Positions 63,083 to 64,000 of a stretch of DNA of 64,000 nucleotides are shown one piece after another (positions within the stretch are counted from its first letter, which is position 1; each line of letters opens with the position of its first letter). The notes under the pieces are model-generated. The model was given only the letters and a program-made list of their open reading frames with translations. It had not been told where the DNA came from and searched no databases. A program made the translations under genes and the position numbers. Origin of the DNA: Squalus acanthias (taxonomy: Eukaryota); assembly GCA_030390025.1 (NCBI GenBank), contig CM059432.1, positions 114,082,001 through 114,146,000 of the forward strand, written 5' to 3'.

Positions 63083-63119
63083 AGTTAACGTTTCAGGTCG
63101 ATGACCCTTCGTCAGAACT
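63083..63119 (-). ncRNA. Minimal hammerhead ribozyme motif of a second Penelope-like repeat family (repeat spans about 63020-63420)
   Basis: AGTT-CTGACGA-A-GGGTC(ATC)GACCT-GAAA-CG-TT-AACT. Confidence 0.72.
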
Positions 63120-63439
63120 GGAAAAAGCTGGAGATGGAACAGGTTTTTAAGCAAGTGTAGGGGCAGGGAGAGGGGGGGAGGGGAGGAAAGAACAAAAGGG
63201 AAGGTCTGTGATAGGATGGAAGGCAGGAGAGATTAAGAGAAAAAAGGGATGGTGCAAGGCAAAAGGAGATGGTAATGGGACAAGTTAAGAAACAAAAGAT
63301 GGCTCTAGATGAAGTGTAAATGGCACTGGCAGAATGAAAGACAGCTGCCATGTGGGAGAGAGAAAATAAATAAATGGGGAAAAAAAAGATAGGGGCAGAG
63401 GTTAATTTTAGAATTGTTTTAGTGCTAACAATTGCTTTA

Positions 63440-63802
63440 TTATTTGATAGGTATGAAAATTGAGCAAGTGCTGATAGTTTATGAGCATTGGCTCTCATTG
63501 GTGGGGGAGCCCAGAACAAGGGGACATACCTTTGTAAATTAGAGCTCGGTCGTTCAGGGTGATGTCAGGAAGCACTGCTTCACACAAAGGGGAGTGGAAA
63601 TCTGCAACTCTCTCTCCCAAAAAGCTGTTGCGGCTAGGTCAATTGAAAGTTATAAAACTGAGATTGATAGATTTTTGTTAGGCAAGGGTATTGAGGGTTA
63701 CGGAACCAAGGCGGGTAGATGAAATTGAGATACAGATCAGCCATGATCTAACTGAATGGGGGAACAGGCTTGAGGAACTGAATGGCCTACTCCTGTTCCT
63801 AT
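63440..63802 (+). mobile_element. CR1 3' fragment
   Basis: Degenerate RKHCFTQRGVEICNSL...KTEIDRFL plus GATCAGCCATGATC 3' UTR. Confidence 0.75.
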
Positions 63803-64000
63803 CATTTTGTAACTAAGCCAAAATTGGGAAGCTGAGATTTTGTTACTAAAGAATGTAGGGGAACAGGCATCAGTTCAACAAATAACATTACCATTTTCAA
63901 GTATTGCTTTGGGCACACAGCAGTTCTGTTGTTAATAAATGAGATCTGGACTGGAGCACAACTTCCTAAAAAAAAAGTCTATTTGCCTCCGTCCTCCCTT

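Overview
Vertebrate genomic DNA, most likely from a cartilaginous fish (inferred from HE1/V-SINE-like and DeuSINE/SacSINE1-like SINEs and abundant CR1 LINEs). The right half holds the last five coding exons and long 3' UTR of a RIM active-zone gene on the minus strand, best matching RIMS2 (C2B domain; all splice sites GT-AG and in phase). The left 21 kb is a nest of decayed mobile elements. A short-LTR Gypsy retrotransposon (gag-PR-RT-RNaseH-INT, tRNA-Ser PBS) is split by a 4-kb two-gene PIF/Harbinger transposon (spliced Myb/SANT gene plus convergent DDE transposase) and by a full-length CR1 LINE whose 5' end is a 3.5-kb array of a 41-bp unit; a Harbinger-derived MITE sits in that CR1's tail. 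A second, diverged Harbinger follows. The RIMS2 introns carry several Harbinger-like MITEs, a near-identical inverted CR1 pair bracketing one in-frame exon, a 12-kb (CT)n-based compound satellite with a ~3-kb higher-order duplication, and three Penelope-type minimal hammerhead ribozyme motifs, one inside a perfect 89-bp-arm palindrome with a 13-bp TSD. All assignments come from reading the sequence; no database search was run.
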